A stretch of DNA of 64,000 bases from contig CM059431.1 of assembly GCA_030390025.1 (NCBI GenBank), positions 109,866,001 to 109,930,000 of the forward strand, in the 5' to 3' direction. The stretch is from Squalus acanthias (Eukaryota). Positions within the stretch are counted from its first letter, which is position 1; the number at the start of each line of letters is the position of its first letter. Under the pieces are notes generated by a model. That model saw nothing but the letters and a program-made list of their open reading frames with translations, did no database searches and had not been told where the DNA came from. This document shows, one piece after another, positions 61,788-64,000 of this stretch. Made by a program: the position numbers and the translations under genes.

Positions 61788-62980
61788 GTAGTTTCTGCCT
61801 CAACCATTAAACCTGGAAGTGAGTTGCACAACCTCACATCTGTGTGTGTGTGAAGAAGTTTCGCCTGCCCTCTGTTCTAAATCTTTCACATTTAACGACA
61901 GGAAACAGTCTTCTACCTACCAAACCTATCCTGTCATAATTTTAAAGAGCAGTTTAAAGCACTGTATTGTATTTTATGTCCTATAAATGTAGTTTAGCTT
62001 GAAATATATGGTTTGCCTTGGTGATGCTTTTCTGTCTACCAGAGTGATTAGGGGAATATGGAGGGAAACATTACATATACTTTGTGTATAACTCAAGAAT
62101 AGAGTAATTGTAAATCCTACAATGCTAACTAATTCATTCCATCTGTAAACTGTCTAGGTCTGTTAATAGGAGGCACGGCCTGCTTATGGAAATTGCCTTG
62201 AACTTCCAGGGGCTCGAGAGGGCAGAATGTGGGCACATAACCACCGGGGAGGCTGAAATCTGGGTAGAATTGGATTCCGCCAGGATTCTGCCCTCTTAAG
62301 AAATTCCAGTGCGGGGGGTGGGGCGGAAAAACTGGCAACAGGGGATGAGTCTTTTGCCAACCCACCCAATGTAACGTGGGCGTCCTGGGGAGTTCCTATG
62401 CTACCCCAGGGAATTACACCCTTTATGCTTTTGTAAGGCCTCAATGAACTTCTCATCAGCTGAAAGCTGACATGAGTGCTGTTAAGGCTCTCAGATAGGC
62501 TCCAGAAGTTTCCCAGTAAGATGCCTTACTTAGGAGCTTAAGATAAATGTACTCATTTTTTTCCCCCCAGTGGCTGGGGAAGGTTTCTGGGCCCCTTGGA
62601 TGGAGCAGCTATGGCCACTCCACCTTCTACTAGAGGTTTGGGGTATAGGCCTCTGATATGCCCTCATAGATCTGGACAACCCAAAAGACCTCTGGTTAGA
62701 TTTTTTGTCTTCAGCACCTGGGCAGTAGCCAGGTTGGACAGATTGCATGTTCTTTATTCAACCTTTTCATTTAAATCAATGGAAAGAAAACGAGGCTTGT
62801 TCTATCAATGACAGGTGAAGACAAAAATCTTCCCCCATCCCTGGGATTTGGGACCAGGTCTGTATCATTCCCTGTGGGTAGATGGGAGCTCTGCATCAAT
62901 GCACTGGAGTGTCCGCAGAATAGGACAACTGGAATTTGGGTCCATTGTGGGTGTTACCATCCAAAATTGAATGAGAAGCA

Positions 62981-63075
62981 TATCTGACGAAAGGTCATTG
63001 ACCTGAAACGTTAACTCTGTTTCTCTCTCTCCACAGATGCTGCTTGACCTGCTGAGTATTTCCAGCATTTTCTCT
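62981..63075 (+). ncRNA. Penelope terminal fragment with minimal hammerhead ribozyme
   Basis: CTGACGAaaggtcattgacctGAAAcgTTaac at 62984-63015, same family as 5304-5402. Confidence 0.7.
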
Positions 63076-63204
63076 TTATATATTGTGTTAGTTGACTTGT
63101 GCGTTTGTATGCATAGCATTTTTACATAAATTATGTGGTCAGCATTTCAAAGGCATAGGAGCAGAAATTGAACCCTGTTGCACTATTTTCTAGAGGCAAA
63201 AGAG

Positions 63205-63410
63205 GACCAGCATCTGTGGAGAGAAACAAAATCAACGTTTCAGGTCGATGACCTTTCGTCAGAACTAGAAAAAGCTAGAGATACAACAGGTTTTAAGCAA
63301 GTGCAGAGGCAGGGAAACAGGTGGGGGTGGGGGGGAAAAAAGAACAAAAGGGAAGGTCTGTGACGGGGTGGAAGACAGGAGATTCAAAGACAAAAGGGAT
63401 GATGGTGCGA
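63205..63410 (-). mobile_element. Penelope terminal fragment with minimal hammerhead ribozyme
   Basis: Minus strand gttCTGACGAaaggtcatcgacctGAAAcgTTgat (63231-63265). Confidence 0.7.
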
Positions 63411-63475
63411 GGCACCAGTATTTTGCTTTTGTAATTTTTATGTTATGTTTAGCTCAAGCGAAGATAAGACATTAT

Positions 63476-64000
63476 GGGAGAAAAATTCGGTTGCTTTGCG
63501 CCTCCAGTTAGCGCCGAGGGCGCGGCCGTTTGTGCCGCTCGCAAAATTGACCAGACATTTTGCGGCGGCACTAAACACTACTGCCACGATCTCCTGCGCC
63601 CGCAGATCGTGAAGTCAGTCGAGCGTGCAACGCCCCGGTATTGCCCCGGACCGGATATTTTGAGTGGCGCACCCTGCCTTTCCGCCTGCCGCTAGCGACG
63701 ACAGGTTGAGAGGAGCGTTTTGCAGCCAGGAAGGGACTGGGGGAGCGCTATTTAAAGGTGACCGCTTCCTGCCTTTTTTTGTCGGCGACATTTTTGCACC
63801 ACGCATTCTGAGAGACTTCTGGAGAGATTAAACGCTGCGAGAAGGAGTTTTGGGTACTGAGCAGCACTTTGCAGGTTCATTTTGATTTGACCTTCCTTGC
63901 ATCGATTTAGAAGAGACTGTGGGGGCTGCACTCTGAGCTCTTTCCCTGGGCGCCTCCATTGTTCTTTCCAGCAGATTTGATGTACAGGTCCCTCCAGGCC
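63476..64000. mobile_element. Harbinger-like element, left end (runs off window)
   Basis: Starts gggagaaaaattcggttgctttgcgcctcc, matching the 49783 TIR. Confidence 0.6.

Overview
Repeat-dominated vertebrate genomic DNA. The repeat families (CR1, L2, Penelope, Harbinger-like MITEs, Deu/LF-type SINEs) suggest a cartilaginous fish, but this is inference only. No host protein-coding gene could be recognised. The centrepiece is a complete 12.8-kb endogenous retrovirus-like provirus (18975-31754, + strand). It has ~1.7-kb LTRs about 99% identical, a 4-bp TSD (TCTG), a tRNA-Arg PBS, gag with PSAP/PPSY late domains, a UGA-CUAG readthrough into pol (PR-RT-degenerate RNase H-second RNase H-IN), and a spliced env. 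The env is a furin-cleaved class-I fusogen carrying an immunoglobulin-like domain hidden by a frameshift. This architecture matches lokiretroviruses (sister lineage of retroviruses) rather than ordinary Gypsy elements. Two related ~1.7-1.8-kb solo LTRs (8940-10751, 40912-42565) share its splice donor, E2F/GATA module and U5 hairpin. Also present are the 3' part of a Ty3/Gypsy element with a YLDN RT inserted in a Penelope element, three Penelope-type minimal hammerhead ribozymes, and many nested LINE/SINE/MITE fragments. Coordinates and difference counts were read by eye and may be off by a few bases.
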